A DNA stretch of 64,000 bases from Candidatus Babeliales bacterium (GCA_963743635.1 CAVUQO010000003.1:224001-288000); one strand, 5' to 3'. Positions 32,492-43,072 are shown, counted from the first letter of the stretch. Made by a program: numbers and translations. The notes: generated by a model from the sequence alone, not told the origin.

Positions 32492-32643
32492 TTCCGTTAT
32501 CCTTCGCCACATTCTTCGCTTCATATTCATTCATCTCAGAACACTCAGGACGAGCGGAAATGACAACCTTTCCCCGTTCGCCCTGAGTGATTTTTATTTT
32601 TGTCCGAAGGATAAAATAAAAATTGTGGCGAAGGGTAAGGGAA
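32492..32643. repeat. Inverted pair of family-A elements (REPIN-like)
   Basis: CCTTCG...CTCAGGACGAGCGG then CCGTTCGCCCTGAG...CGAAGGG; 32571-32641 is nearly identical to 37064-37133. Confidence 0.85.
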
Positions 32644-32750
32644 TGCAGCGCCTTGAATATCACAATCCATCACGCGCGCATCAACCTTCTGTACATCGGG
32701 CATCCCACTATGGTATGAATGCAGTATCTGAAGATGTTATCTAAAAGGGG

Positions 32751-33905
32751 ATGATGATGAGTAATTATATGGTATTGATCGCAGCGATGATGTCGGCATT
32801 GAATGTGAGTGATGCGTCTGATCGCACGTTAGCGCATCGCAATGCGTCAGTATGGAGCCGTATATGCGCACGGCGTGATGCTGTACTTAAAACTGCCGCA
32901 GAGCAACGGCTGCAGCATGATGCCATTTGTAAGTTGATGCTGCCCATATTTGGCGAGGCGTTTGAGCGGGGTGTTGCAGAACGGCGCGCGATATTAGGCG
33001 CTGATAAAAATCATTTTTGCAATGCCACCAATCCTTCGCAAGGCATTCAAGCGGAGGTTGCCGCGATAATGCATTCAAACGCATTGTACCGTGGAAAAAA
33101 AACAACTGACGTCGGCATCCTCGATATCTATAAGATTGATTTCTCGCGCTATTATAGAGGCACATCGCCCTTATTTTTGATACATTCTCCGCAGGTATAT
33201 CCGCTTTTAAAAAAGTTGTTTCCGCACGTAAAGGCGGTTATTGGCTTTGACCCGCGATCGGTATTAACGCAGGCGCAGTTGGATTCTGCGGTCGGTCATG
33301 AACTTGCGCATATGATGCAACGCACCGTTCATGTACAAAAAGGACAAGCGTGTTTATGGCAGTTTATAGAAGTAGATGCAGATATTAAGAATATATGTAC
33401 GCAATATCATGACGGTTCGTGGCGATTACGCGAACATGCACTGCAACTCATAGAAAATTTTTATTCATTGTTAGTGCAAGAAGATATCTATGCAATCGAT
33501 AAACTGACCGCCGATTTAGAGGGAACAAAGAAGACTGAAATGGAAGCATTGTGCTATGGTGCATTGCGATTATATCGCATTGATCATCCAACGTGTCAGG
33601 ATCGCAAAGATTATTTGTATGAGGTGGTAGCGCTTATGGATTCTATGGACGGATCGATGAGTGATACAGAGTTTGTGGCCATGATAGGCATCATTGCCGC
33701 ACGGGTGTGTGTTGCCATGCAGTTAACGGTAAATAATGAGTTTCTCGAGTTGGCACAATTAGAGAAAGCGCGCACATTGCCACGCATCATGCAGTATATG
33801 CAAATCCCGCACGTAACGGTGAGCAATCAACGATACAATACGCGAGCAAGAGATTTTCAAGTGCATGCTAATCAGAATCGATTTTTTTGCTGCGCATTGC
33901 CTTAA
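32751..33905 (+). CDS. Secreted HExxH metallopeptidase-like protein, paralog 3
   Basis: VGHELAH, EVDADIKNIC, DHP; colinear with paralogs 1 and 2. Confidence 0.75.
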   Translation: MMMSNYMVLIAAMMSALNVSDASDRTLAHRNASVWSRICARRDAVLKTAAEQRLQHDAICKLMLPIFGEAFERGVAERRAILGADKNHFCNATNPSQGIQAEVAAIMHSNALYRGKKTTDVGILDIYKIDFSRYYRGTSPLFLIHSPQVYPLLKKLFPHVKAVIGFDPRSVLTQAQLDSAVGHELAHMMQRTVHVQKGQACLWQFIEVDADIKNICTQYHDGSWRLREHALQLIENFYSLLVQEDIYAIDKLTADLEGTKKTEMEALCYGALRLYRIDHPTCQDRKDYLYEVVALMDSMDGSMSDTEFVAMIGIIAARVCVAMQLTVNNEFLELAQLEKARTLPRIMQYMQIPHVTVSNQRYNTRARDFQVHANQNRFFCCALP

Positions 33906-34299
33906 TCGAGCCCCGCCTCTTTTTTTCCTGCAGACGTGATTCAGTAGCCGATTTAGGCACTTTCACTTTCATGCGTTTTTTCTGAACGTGTAATGCCTTG
34001 CGTATTTTTTGCGCCAAGTTATCGAGCGCGAGCTGTTTATTCTGCGCCTGACTCCGTGAGGTGCTATTGCTGACTAATATATCTCCCTCACTCGTGAGTT
34101 CAGAGTGTAGGCGTTCGAGCACCTGCAGTTTTTGAGCATCATTGAGTACTTGCGTTTGCTGCACATTCCAACGCACCGTGATGCGGGAACTTGTCTTATT
34201 TACATGCTGCCCGCCCGGCCCGCCTGATCGGCTGGCGGTTATTTCCAACTCATGGCTCGGTATCACGATACCATTCTTTATTGGTAAATCATCTTTCAT
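33868..34299 (-). CDS. arfB: Alternative ribosome rescue factor ArfB
   Basis: SRSGGPGGQHVNKT, RSQAQN, basic C-terminal tail. Confidence 0.93.
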   Translation of the reverse strand: MKDDLPIKNGIVIPSHELEITASRSGGPGGQHVNKTSSRITVRWNVQQTQVLNDAQKLQVLERLHSELTSEGDILVSNSTSRSQAQNKQLALDNLAQKIRKALHVQKKRMKVKVPKSATESRLQEKKRRGSIKAMRSKKIDSD

Positions 34300-34500
34300 G
34301 AAAATCCTTTTTATTATCCTGCGTATAGCCATAGTTACTTATGGTATGAGCAGCTTACCCTGTTTGCCCACTTGCCTTCAAGTAAAAAGGGGCTTCGGGT
34401 TCCCTTTTGGGGCTAAAAATCTTTTAAAAAGGGTTTTTTTTGATATGATGGTACATGTCTAAAAAAATATAATTTAAAGCCATATAATAGATAGGATTTT

Positions 34501-35466
34501 ATGAATTTTATTAAAAAAACAGCGATATTAGCCTTTATTTTAGGGCTTATTGCCCAATCATCGGCACTTGCAGATAATAAGTACTGGCAAGAATTTAAGC
34601 AGTTCAAAGAAAACCCTTCGTATAACCTTGTATTTGATCGCGATGCGGTGACTGCTGTAAAAGCAATTGCTAAAGATCTTCAGAACGCAAAGCAGGTAGG
34701 GTTCTTGAGCCGTTTCATGCGGCCTGTGATTAGTATGGTGGATGGTGTAGTTGTTACGGCTGAAACCATGCCCATGCTGTATGGATATATCGATACCTTA
34801 TGCAAGAACAATAATATTGCTACTCCCGTTATTACCGTAACTCAAAATAAAGGTATTTTTAACGCGGCAGCACAAAAGATTTTAATGACCACTGGTGCCA
34901 TATTTATTGGTCAGGATATGCTCAAAGAACTGACTGATGATGGAATTGAGGCGATAGTAGCACATGAAATAGGGCATATTAAATATAATCATGTGAATAA
35001 AATGCTCGCTTTATCATATGCGCGGCTTTTTGTTCTGCATTCATATTTCAAGAACACACTCTCTCCAAATGAGATTATTGCATTACATCTAACGTTGCCA
35101 TTCTTTTTAATAGGTAAAAGATTCGAACGACAAGCAGATGAATTCGCATGCAGGCAAGCAGGACGTGCAGAGGGTATTGTGAGCTCGTTTGAATACATGC
35201 TTAAAAAAGAAAAGAAGCAGGATGCTGATTTTGTTGAACTTTATAGTGCATTACAAAAGGGTTCCTCCGAGATTAATCTGATTGATACCGCAACGCTTTG
35301 GACGCGTTATTACTTGGCTACGGTAGGGCATCAAATTGGGCGTGGGATCGAGTGGATGTATCATAATACGATATTAGGGGCTCATCCAAGTCATGAAGCA
35401 CGTATTGAAAGTGCGAAACGCATTTTGGCTGAAGAAGCATCATTAGAAGAAGTCCCCGCTGCATAA
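34501..35466 (+). CDS. M48-family metallopeptidase, secreted
   Basis: FNAAA, AIVAHEIGHI, ERQAD, HPS...RI. Confidence 0.85.
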   Translation: MNFIKKTAILAFILGLIAQSSALADNKYWQEFKQFKENPSYNLVFDRDAVTAVKAIAKDLQNAKQVGFLSRFMRPVISMVDGVVVTAETMPMLYGYIDTLCKNNNIATPVITVTQNKGIFNAAAQKILMTTGAIFIGQDMLKELTDDGIEAIVAHEIGHIKYNHVNKMLALSYARLFVLHSYFKNTLSPNEIIALHLTLPFFLIGKRFERQADEFACRQAGRAEGIVSSFEYMLKKEKKQDADFVELYSALQKGSSEINLIDTATLWTRYYLATVGHQIGRGIEWMYHNTILGAHPSHEARIESAKRILAEEASLEEVPAA

Positions 35467-35487
35467 ATAATTACCGCAATAATAAAC

Positions 35488-35522
35488 AAAAAAGCCCCTT
35501 GTGAAAACAGGGGGCTTTTTTT
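35488..35522. terminator. Bidirectional terminator
   Basis: A6-GCCCCTTG...CAGGGGGC-T7 between convergent genes. Confidence 0.8.
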
Positions 35523-35528
35523 ATAGAT

Positions 35529-36125
35529 TTACTCGCTACGATTTCGCGTATACTTACCGGTCATAACAGTCTCAGCAAGGATCTGGGATCCCATATGCTT
35601 GCGAAATGCATCGGCAGTGAATGGATTTTTAAAGAAATCATTCACCATAGATGTTGTTGGCTCAGTTGTTGCAAAAAGTGTGCATCGATAGGTGTGTGTG
35701 CCATGAGGAGGGCATGGGCCGCCATAATAGTGGTGTCCAAAATCGTTCGGCAATTCTCGAGTTGAGCTGTTTTCAGAAGGAACCATGGATCCGCCATTGA
35801 ATGAAAAACCTTCAGCAAGTTCAGTGATATTTGGAGACATTAATACAATCCAATGTACGAATGTTTTGCCGGTAACTTTTTGTGCATCCGGATCATCGAT
35901 AATCAAAACATAACTTTTTAGATTTTCCGCAGTTAGTTTATCCCACGTAAAGTGAGGTGAAATATTTTCACCATCGCACGTATATTTTCGTGGGATTGCT
36001 CCACCATTAGTAAATGAATCGCTCGTAAGCATGAGTGGTTGTTTCATAGACTTTCCTAAAATAAAATAGGTTAACATTCCCATAATGATTGCAATAACGA
36101 GAAGCAGTATGGTGTCTTTCTTCAT
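35529..36125 (-). CDS. YbhB/YbcL (PEBP/Raf kinase inhibitor-like) protein
   Basis: YTCDGENISP, DDPDA, FVHW, NDFG...YGGPCPP.G.H.Y. Start placed at MKKD. Confidence 0.92.
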   Translation of the reverse strand: MKKDTILLLVIAIIMGMLTYFILGKSMKQPLMLTSDSFTNGGAIPRKYTCDGENISPHFTWDKLTAENLKSYVLIIDDPDAQKVTGKTFVHWIVLMSPNITELAEGFSFNGGSMVPSENSSTRELPNDFGHHYYGGPCPPHGTHTYRCTLFATTEPTTSMVNDFFKNPFTADAFRKHMGSQILAETVMTGKYTRNRSE

Positions 36126-36263
36126 AGTGATAGTTATCCAAGTAATGGAGGTTGTTGGTTCCATGTTTTGCGTCGTATCGCTATAGATATTGCAAGAATT
36201 GCATCTCCTTTGCAAGACTTGCCAAGAGGATGTCTTTCAAATCAAGTAACTAAGGGGGTGTTT

Positions 36264-36956
36264 ATGAAAATTACTATTTTGGGAACGCGTGGAGAAATTG
36301 AAGAGTCGGCTCCCTATCACTCAAAACAATCAGGCGTGCTTATTGATGATAGGATAATGCTCGATTGTGGCGATGAACGATTTTTAGCATGCCATCCGCG
36401 CTACATTTTAATTACCCACTTGCATCCTGATCATGCTTTTTTTGTACGCGCTGGGCATTTTGCCATTCCAGATGCATCGGTATATGCGCCAGATCCTTTT
36501 CAGAATGCGCCTATTACGCGTACAACCAAGCCATTTATGCTTGAAGATTATCGCATAACGCCCATTCCTACGATCCATAGCATCAAGGTTAAATCAAATG
36601 CCTATCTGATAGAGCATAAGAAAAAACGCATCCTCTATACTGGTGACATGATCTGGATTGAAAAAGAGTACCATCATTTGTTGCACGATCTTGATCTCGT
36701 TATTACCGAGGCGAGTTACATGCGCCGTGGAGGCTTGGTGCGCCGAGATCCCAAAACGGGCAATATTTACGGGCATACAGGAGTCCCCAATCTTATTGCA
36801 TTATTTGCACAATATACACCATCCATCGTGCTTACGCATTTTGGGGCCTGGTTTTACAAAGATATGAAAGAGGGCCGTAGGAAATGTATGCAACTTGGCC
36901 GTGAGTATGAGGTGGAAGTTATTGTTGGGTATGATGGATTAGAGCTGACGGTTTAG
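36264..36956 (+). CDS. MBL-fold metallo-hydrolase
   Basis: ILGTRG, LDCG, THLHPDH, HS, YTGD, GH, LTHF. Confidence 0.88.
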   Translation: MKITILGTRGEIEESAPYHSKQSGVLIDDRIMLDCGDERFLACHPRYILITHLHPDHAFFVRAGHFAIPDASVYAPDPFQNAPITRTTKPFMLEDYRITPIPTIHSIKVKSNAYLIEHKKKRILYTGDMIWIEKEYHHLLHDLDLVITEASYMRRGGLVRRDPKTGNIYGHTGVPNLIALFAQYTPSIVLTHFGAWFYKDMKEGRRKCMQLGREYEVEVIVGYDGLELTV

Positions 36957-36985
36957 AACGAATTGTGTGGCTCGCGTTACTGTAC

Positions 36986-37136
36986 TCCCCGCACCCATTT
37001 GAGACATTTTTCATTCGCTTCACTTATAAAAAATCCTCAGGGCGAACGCGGAAAAAATATCCCTCCCCGTTCGCCCTGAGTGATTTTTATTTTTGTCCGA
37101 AGGATAAAATAAAATTGTGGCGAAGGGTAAGGGGAA
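36986..37136. repeat. Inverted pair of family-A elements (REPIN-like)
   Basis: CTCAGGGCGAACG followed by CCGTTCGCCCTGAG...CGAAGGG. Confidence 0.85.
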
Positions 37137-37220
37137 GAGAACGTCTTGAATTTCACAATTCGCTCTATATTACTCCTTTATTGCTTTGCATCAGCTCATT
37201 TGTATACCCTTTAAAAAAAA

Positions 37221-39791
37221 ATGAATAATCAAAATAAAGAGAAGAAGAGTATGTTATTTAAACAGTACGCCTTAAAAACTGCCGATGCGATTCTAGCCGA
37301 GTTCGGCAGCAGTCTATCGCAAGGCCTATCAACTCAAGGTGTTGCGCAGAAGATACAGCAGTTCGGACACAATCAACAGCACGAAAAAGAGTCATCCTGG
37401 TGGCATATCGTATGGCACCATGCGACTTCGATGTTTGTGATTCTTTTTTGTATGATCGATATTCTCTTTCTTTGTTTAGGAGAATGGTCAAACGCGATCA
37501 TCGTATTACTGCTTATCATCATCAATATTTGTGTTGGGTGCTATCAAGAATTTAAGGCAAGTAAAACAATTAAGCTCTTAAAAAAACATATAGAAAACCT
37601 TACATGGGTGCTGCGCGACGGTAAAAAAATAGAAATAGCAAACACCGAATTAGTTCCTGGTGACATTGTATTTTTAAACATCGGGGACATTGTACCTGCC
37701 GACATTCGCATTCTCAAAGAGCATAATCTCATGATTGATGAAGCGCTGATCACGGGCGAATCGGTATCGATAAAAAAGACTGATAAAATCCTGGATGAAG
37801 AGCCAGATTTATTCAAAGCATTTAATATTGCATTCACCGGGACGCTTGTGGTTGACGGGGAGGCGACCGGCATCATCTTTGCAACGGCAAAAAATACTAT
37901 CTTCGGCTCACTGGTACAACATTCATATCGATCATGGCAGGAAAGTACCCTTGAAAAAGCGGTCATTCAACTAAGTAAATTTATCTTTGTGCTGAGCATG
38001 GTGAGTTTGGTTTGTATTGGGGTTGGTAACATCGTAGTGAGAGGTTATGCGGGTTTTAACGTCATTGAATTGCTCGTATTTGCAACCGCACTTATGATCT
38101 GCTTGGTTCCTGAAGCATTACCCATTGTAGTCACCTTTAATTTATCACTCTGCGTGAGACGACTTATCAAAATGAATGTCGTGGTAAAACGATTATCGGC
38201 ATTGGAAGATTTTGGTGCGGTGGAAATATTATGCGTTGATAAAACAGGTACATTGACGGAACAAAAGCTTAAAGTAGCAAACACGTTTAGCCGCGATCTT
38301 GATGCATTGCGCATGTATAGTTCATTTAGTTTGCTGCCGCAAGATCATCAAAGTAAAAACAGTTTTGAAATGGCGCTTGAAGAATATCTGATGCAAGAAT
38401 ATCCAGCGGTATTAACCCAAGCAGCCGATGAATATGAATTTGTGAGCAGTACTCCCTTCGATCCGGACCGTCGCCGTTCTGGTATTTTTGTGCGGCGTAA
38501 GAACAGTTCTGACTATTTTTATGTCTTACGCGGCGCGTATGAGATGATGGAAACGGTATGTTTTCCTGCAAACAGCGAGGCGAAAGAATGGATTTCGCAG
38601 GAAGGCGCAAAAGGGCATAGAACACTTGCCGTTGCGGTAAAAGCCTTAAGTGCTGTGCCCGATGATCTCATTAAGGAAGAACGGAATTTCACGCTCGTAG
38701 GATTATTAGCATTCTCAGATCCTATTAAAAGAACGGCTGCCGTTGCCATCGATCAAGCGCGTAACTTGGGCATTCAAATAAAAGTTATTAGTGGTGATGC
38801 GCCAGAAGTATGTGGTGCCGTTGCGCATGAATTGCTCTTGGTAGATGATCCTAAAAAAGTAGTGACTTCAAAAATGTTAGAACAAGCATCAGCGCAGGAA
38901 AAAGAGATTCTCGTCACTGAAGGTTCTGTATTTTCGCGCGTATTGCCTGATCAAAAAGCAGAGATTGTCCAAATATTGAAGCGAACGAAGCGCGTAGCAT
39001 TCATGGGTGATGGACTCAATGATTTACCAGCTTTAATGACTTCTGACGTCGCACTTGTGGTACAAGGATGCCCTGATGTGGTGCGCGAAGCGGGGGATAT
39101 TGTGTTACTCAATCGGAGTCTCCTTTCAGTGATTCAGGCAATTAAGGAAGGCAGAACGGTACTTGCTAATACCATGAAATATATAAAAACAACCTTTTCG
39201 CCGAGCTTTGGCCACTTTTATGCACTGACTATTGCATCATTATTTGTCAGTTATATGCCGATGCGCGCGATACAAATTTTACTCTTAAATTTTTTTAGCG
39301 ACTTCCCGATGATTGCGCTTGCAACAGATACGGTTGAGCCGGAAGAATTGAATCGCCCACAACAATATAATCTACGCAGCATCTTATTTATATCGGTCAT
39401 ACTTGGGCTCGTCACGATGCTCTTTGATTTCATCTGCTTCTCTTATTTTATAAAAAAATCGGAAAGCGCCTTGCAAACTGGTTGGTTTATAGAAACGATG
39501 CTCACCGAGATACTCTTTATTTTTGCCATTCGTTCACGAAAAGTATTCTTTCAAGCGCAACGTCCCTCATTCACATTGGGAATTTGTGCGCTTCTCGTTG
39601 CGATTGGCACGCTGATAGTTCCCTATACTGAAATTGGCCAACGCCTCTTTTATTTCACGGCTCTTGATGCGCGCTCGCTGGGCTTTGTGTTTGGCTTGGT
39701 GATTTTATATTTCCTCTGTGTTGAGGTGATTAAATATCTCTATTATCACAGTGCCTATTTTAAAAATAATAGTGGTACGAGGTCTGTGTAG
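37221..39791 (+). CDS. P-type cation-transporting ATPase (MgtA-like)
   Basis: TGES, PEALP, DKTGT, PFD..RR, SGD, GDGLND. Confidence 0.92.
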   Translation: MNNQNKEKKSMLFKQYALKTADAILAEFGSSLSQGLSTQGVAQKIQQFGHNQQHEKESSWWHIVWHHATSMFVILFCMIDILFLCLGEWSNAIIVLLLIIINICVGCYQEFKASKTIKLLKKHIENLTWVLRDGKKIEIANTELVPGDIVFLNIGDIVPADIRILKEHNLMIDEALITGESVSIKKTDKILDEEPDLFKAFNIAFTGTLVVDGEATGIIFATAKNTIFGSLVQHSYRSWQESTLEKAVIQLSKFIFVLSMVSLVCIGVGNIVVRGYAGFNVIELLVFATALMICLVPEALPIVVTFNLSLCVRRLIKMNVVVKRLSALEDFGAVEILCVDKTGTLTEQKLKVANTFSRDLDALRMYSSFSLLPQDHQSKNSFEMALEEYLMQEYPAVLTQAADEYEFVSSTPFDPDRRRSGIFVRRKNSSDYFYVLRGAYEMMETVCFPANSEAKEWISQEGAKGHRTLAVAVKALSAVPDDLIKEERNFTLVGLLAFSDPIKRTAAVAIDQARNLGIQIKVISGDAPEVCGAVAHELLLVDDPKKVVTSKMLEQASAQEKEILVTEGSVFSRVLPDQKAEIVQILKRTKRVAFMGDGLNDLPALMTSDVALVVQGCPDVVREAGDIVLLNRSLLSVIQAIKEGRTVLANTMKYIKTTFSPSFGHFYALTIASLFVSYMPMRAIQILLLNFFSDFPMIALATDTVEPEELNRPQQYNLRSILFISVILGLVTMLFDFICFSYFIKKSESALQTGWFIETMLTEILFIFAIRSRKVFFQAQRPSFTLGICALLVAIGTLIVPYTEIGQRLFYFTALDARSLGFVFGLVILYFLCVEVIKYLYYHSAYFKNNSGTRSV

Positions 39792-39799
39792 GAGTATTT

Positions 39800-39989
39800 A
39801 TCCCTTATGTCCCGCGTTACGCTTCGCTACTAGGGACGAACGGGAGTGGATATTTGTTTCAAGAATCAGGTTTTTTCATATGAATTTTTTATGTTTTTTT
39901 TCCTTTAATAATGCTTAATTCAACTGAAGATTTCCATCCCCGTTCGTCCCTAGTAGCCCGCAAGGGCATAACGCGGGATATAAGGGGAT
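39800..39989. repeat. Inverted pair of variant family-A elements
   Basis: CCCTTATGTCCCGCGTTA-hairpin-CTACTAGGGACGAACGGG ... CCCGTTCGTCCCTAGTAG-hairpin-TAACGCGGGATATAAGGG. Confidence 0.85.
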
Positions 39990-40164
39990 CAATAGCTTTA
40001 AAGTAAAATCAGAAAGTGAGAATTCAAAGATGTGGGTAATAGATAGAGAGGAGGAGCGGGGAAATAAGATTAATATGTTGTTGGGATCATTGTTGACCTT
40101 CCGCGAGTCGTAGGCTATCCTCGCCAGTATCCATATTTTTCACCTTCTTCACATTGAGGTTCTA

Positions 40165-41589
40165 ATGTCTCGTTCTATTCGCTTACTCTTATTGATAGTG
40201 ATATCAATTAACATTCTAGGTATAAATGCCGCGCGCGCAGCAGATCATACTATTGCCGTGTTAGGCTTGGGCGGTCGAAGTCAATTCATGCTTTTGGAAT
40301 GTTTGCAGTGCAGGCAAAATATTCGCGTGGTTGCAGTGTGTGATGATCATGGTAATGAATCACTGAACTGGTTTGCGCGTAACACCCTTCAAAGAAGAGC
40401 AACCCCCTCTTTAGTGCAGGCATACGCCAAAATATTTGAGCGTGCTTCCTTATATCCGGATACTGAAGACGGCATTAAAAAAATGTTCAAAGATAATCCT
40501 CAGATTGATACCGTTTTTATCACTTCTTCCAATGATAAACATTTCCAACATTTGAATGCAGTTCTTGCGTATTCTGACTGCAAAAATATTTATATCGAAA
40601 AGCCGCTCTTTCGCACTCTTGATGAGTTTCAACGCTTTAGTGCTGCAGCGCATAAAGATGTTACCATCTCAGTCGGTCTTACGCTTCGCTATGCGCAGAT
40701 GACCAAAATCATTACCGATACACTGCAAGAGCATCGAGAACAACTTGGCGCATTACAAAAAATGAAATCATGGGAACGTCTTAGTTTTGGTCATGGATTA
40801 ACGATTATTATGATGAACTGGCGCCGATTTATTAGCCAATCAGGCGGCCTTCTTTTAGAGAAATCGATTCACGATTTAGATTTGGGTCTCTTTTTTATGC
40901 GCGCTGCGGGATTTGAGCCTCAAGAGATTGTGATCAATACGCAAGCGGAACATCGTCTCTTTAAAAAATCTCAGAAAAAAAAGTTACTCAGAACTGTTGC
41001 AGAAGATAGGGATCTGCAGGAATCGCTCGTGCGTTGGATTGGCATACCCTTTCAGCGCGTAGTTCCCTTTATTGCCGATAAAGATGGTTATCTTGATATT
41101 GCAGGAACCATAGAAAAAGTTTTTGAAGATTTCCCTGATAACGATAATTTTAAAAAATCTGATATTATTCCCGATCATCAAGTGCTCTCTGCTAGCTGTA
41201 AAAATGCCTCTGGCGCATCGGTAGACTTTGAACTTGAAGTTGATATGAGTGGCTTGAGAACTAAGGCTGAGCGTGGCATACGGTTTGAATTCGAGCGCGG
41301 TACGGTGGTAGTTGACATCATGGAAAGTATTATGACAGTTACAACGCATGATGGCACAATGCGCACCATTGATTTACAAACTAATAATAGCATGCATGCA
41401 GGCGGCGATGCGTATATCGCGCAGCTTCTCTTGGGAGTGCTGCCTGATAGGCATTATCGCGCAACATTCAATGATGAGACCGTGCAACTTGCGACGTTCA
41501 TGGGGCTCATTTGCGAGCAACAGGCGATTGGCAAACGTAAGCAGGGCGCGCGCATCAAAAAAGGCAGTAACAATAAATGGTCTTTATAA
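40165..41589 (+). CDS. Gfo/Idh/MocA-family oxidoreductase with signal-like N-terminus
   Basis: IAVLGLGGR, IYIEKP, GLTLRY, WRR...SGGLLLEKSIHDLD, HAGGD. Confidence 0.87.
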   Translation: MSRSIRLLLLIVISINILGINAARAADHTIAVLGLGGRSQFMLLECLQCRQNIRVVAVCDDHGNESLNWFARNTLQRRATPSLVQAYAKIFERASLYPDTEDGIKKMFKDNPQIDTVFITSSNDKHFQHLNAVLAYSDCKNIYIEKPLFRTLDEFQRFSAAAHKDVTISVGLTLRYAQMTKIITDTLQEHREQLGALQKMKSWERLSFGHGLTIIMMNWRRFISQSGGLLLEKSIHDLDLGLFFMRAAGFEPQEIVINTQAEHRLFKKSQKKKLLRTVAEDRDLQESLVRWIGIPFQRVVPFIADKDGYLDIAGTIEKVFEDFPDNDNFKKSDIIPDHQVLSASCKNASGASVDFELEVDMSGLRTKAERGIRFEFERGTVVVDIMESIMTVTTHDGTMRTIDLQTNNSMHAGGDAYIAQLLLGVLPDRHYRATFNDETVQLATFMGLICEQQAIGKRKQGARIKKGSNNKWSL

Positions 41590-41607
41590 TATCTAAGGAA
41601 TAAAAAA

Positions 41608-42279
41608 ATGAATAAATATATTGTTGGCATGCTGGTCATGGGCGCGGCAGTTGGTTCTGCGCTCCTCTTTTTCAACAGAATGGAAAATCCTCATTTTGGC
41701 ACCGTGATTGTACTCAATGGACCATCAGGTTCCGGTAAAAGTTCTATTCAACGTGAGTTTCAAAAATTGATGCTTCCCGAACATTTATGGGTAAAAGTTG
41801 GTATTGATAACTTATTTGATATTCCTATGCCAGATATTACTGCAGAAACTATGCATATATGGCAATCGAAAAATCCTATTCGTTGGGTTGAAAGTTCACA
41901 GGATCCTGAGGGCAATGTAATCATCACTTTATTTGTTGGTGAGCAAGGCGAGAAAGTAGTGCGTGGCATGAACAGCGCAATCGCTGCATATGCGCACAAT
42001 GGATGCGATACGATCGTAGATTACATTGCATACAAGCAAGAATGGCTGAAAGATCTAGAAGAAAAACTTGCTGACGTCAAAACATACTATATCGCAGTCG
42101 ACATTCCGCTTGAGGTTCTTGAACAACGTGAAGTTGCACGCGGAACCTCGCCAAAAGGTCATGCCCGCAGCCATTATGACACGGTCTATGGTAGCCGCAA
42201 ATATGATTTGCGTGTAAACTCAGCTGAACATAGTGCACAGGAAATTGCGCAGCAGATAAAGGAATTGCTTGGGAAATAA
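41608..42279 (+). CDS. Chloramphenicol phosphotransferase-like P-loop kinase
   Basis: VLNGPSGSGKSS, GID, IVD, RE..RG...G.A, YDL.V. Confidence 0.8.
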   Translation: MNKYIVGMLVMGAAVGSALLFFNRMENPHFGTVIVLNGPSGSGKSSIQREFQKLMLPEHLWVKVGIDNLFDIPMPDITAETMHIWQSKNPIRWVESSQDPEGNVIITLFVGEQGEKVVRGMNSAIAAYAHNGCDTIVDYIAYKQEWLKDLEEKLADVKTYYIAVDIPLEVLEQREVARGTSPKGHARSHYDTVYGSRKYDLRVNSAEHSAQEIAQQIKELLGK

Positions 42280-42303
42280 GTGCAAGATAAGAAAGAAACG
42301 TTG

Positions 42304-42600
42304 ATGGCATCAAACACAGAAAAATATCGAGAAATCATTGTCCCTATTATTTTAAAGCATTTGCCGGATGCAAAAATTATTCTGTATGGGTCTCGAGCTC
42401 GCAAGCAAGAACGTCCAGGATCTGACATTGATGTTGCTATTGATATGGGTTCAAAAATTGAAGATCATACCATGGCATTAATTCGGGGCGATATAGAAGA
42501 ATCTAATTTGCCGATTCTTTTTGATATTGTTGATTTTAATGCAGTATCAGAGGATATGGTAGAAGCAATTAAAAAGGACGGTGTTATATGGCGGCAATGA
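42304..42600 (+). CDS. Minimal nucleotidyltransferase (MNT antitoxin)
   Basis: LYGSRAR...SDIDVAI...DIVD; overlaps the downstream HEPN gene. Confidence 0.9.
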   Translation: MASNTEKYREIIVPIILKHLPDAKIILYGSRARKQERPGSDIDVAIDMGSKIEDHTMALIRGDIEESNLPILFDIVDFNAVSEDMVEAIKKDGVIWRQ

Positions 42601-42995
42601 GTGAAAAAATAGCGCGTATGAATAAGGCCCTTGATGCACTTAAAGAAAATTTCGGGATAGAGCCAGAAAATGCTTTGATGAAGCGTATTATAAGAAATTC
42701 TACCATTCAGTGCTTTGAATTTAGCTTTGATCTCTTTTGGAAGACTCTTAAGGTTTATTTGACTGATGTTGAGAAGGTCATGGTAGATTCGGCTTCAGCT
42801 CGCATTATATTTAGAGAATGTGTTCAGGTTGGACTTATTTCTGAAGAAGAAGCAAAACAGACTATGGATATGCTAGATAACCGCAACCTAACATCTCATA
42901 CGTATCGTGAGGCGGTGGCAGCTTCAATAGCAGAAAAGATTCCTGATTATTATACACTCATGCATACGATTACTAATCGCTTAAAAGTTGATTAG
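42588..42995 (+). CDS. HEPN / HI0074-type protein (MNT-HEPN toxin-antitoxin partner)
   Basis: IQCFEFSFDLFWKTLK and RNLTSHTY (Rx4H). Confidence 0.9.
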   Translation: MAAMSEKIARMNKALDALKENFGIEPENALMKRIIRNSTIQCFEFSFDLFWKTLKVYLTDVEKVMVDSASARIIFRECVQVGLISEEEAKQTMDMLDNRNLTSHTYREAVAASIAEKIPDYYTLMHTITNRLKVD

Positions 42996-43017
42996 CGTTC
43001 GATCAAAATCCACAAAT

Positions 43018-43046
43018 AAAAAGAGCCCGCGGTAAGCGGGCTCTTT
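43018..43046. terminator. Terminator between convergent genes
   Basis: AAAGAGCCCGC-GGTAA-GCGGGCTCTTT. Confidence 0.75.
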
Positions 43047-43072
43047 CATTTAAATCAGTATATTTTTTGAAC

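Noticed and set aside
33868..33905. 38-nt convergent overlap between arfB and peptidase paralog 3
   Set aside because: Most simply stop-codon loss extending a non-conserved tail.
32475..37228. ORFs 32475-32744 and 36965-37228 sharing SPFALSDFYFCPKDKIK
   Set aside because: The shared peptide is translation of the palindromic repeat; no other coding evidence.
42304..42995. MNT-HEPN pair as a novel defence system
   Set aside because: Ordinary, well-described toxin-antitoxin module with no unusual partner.
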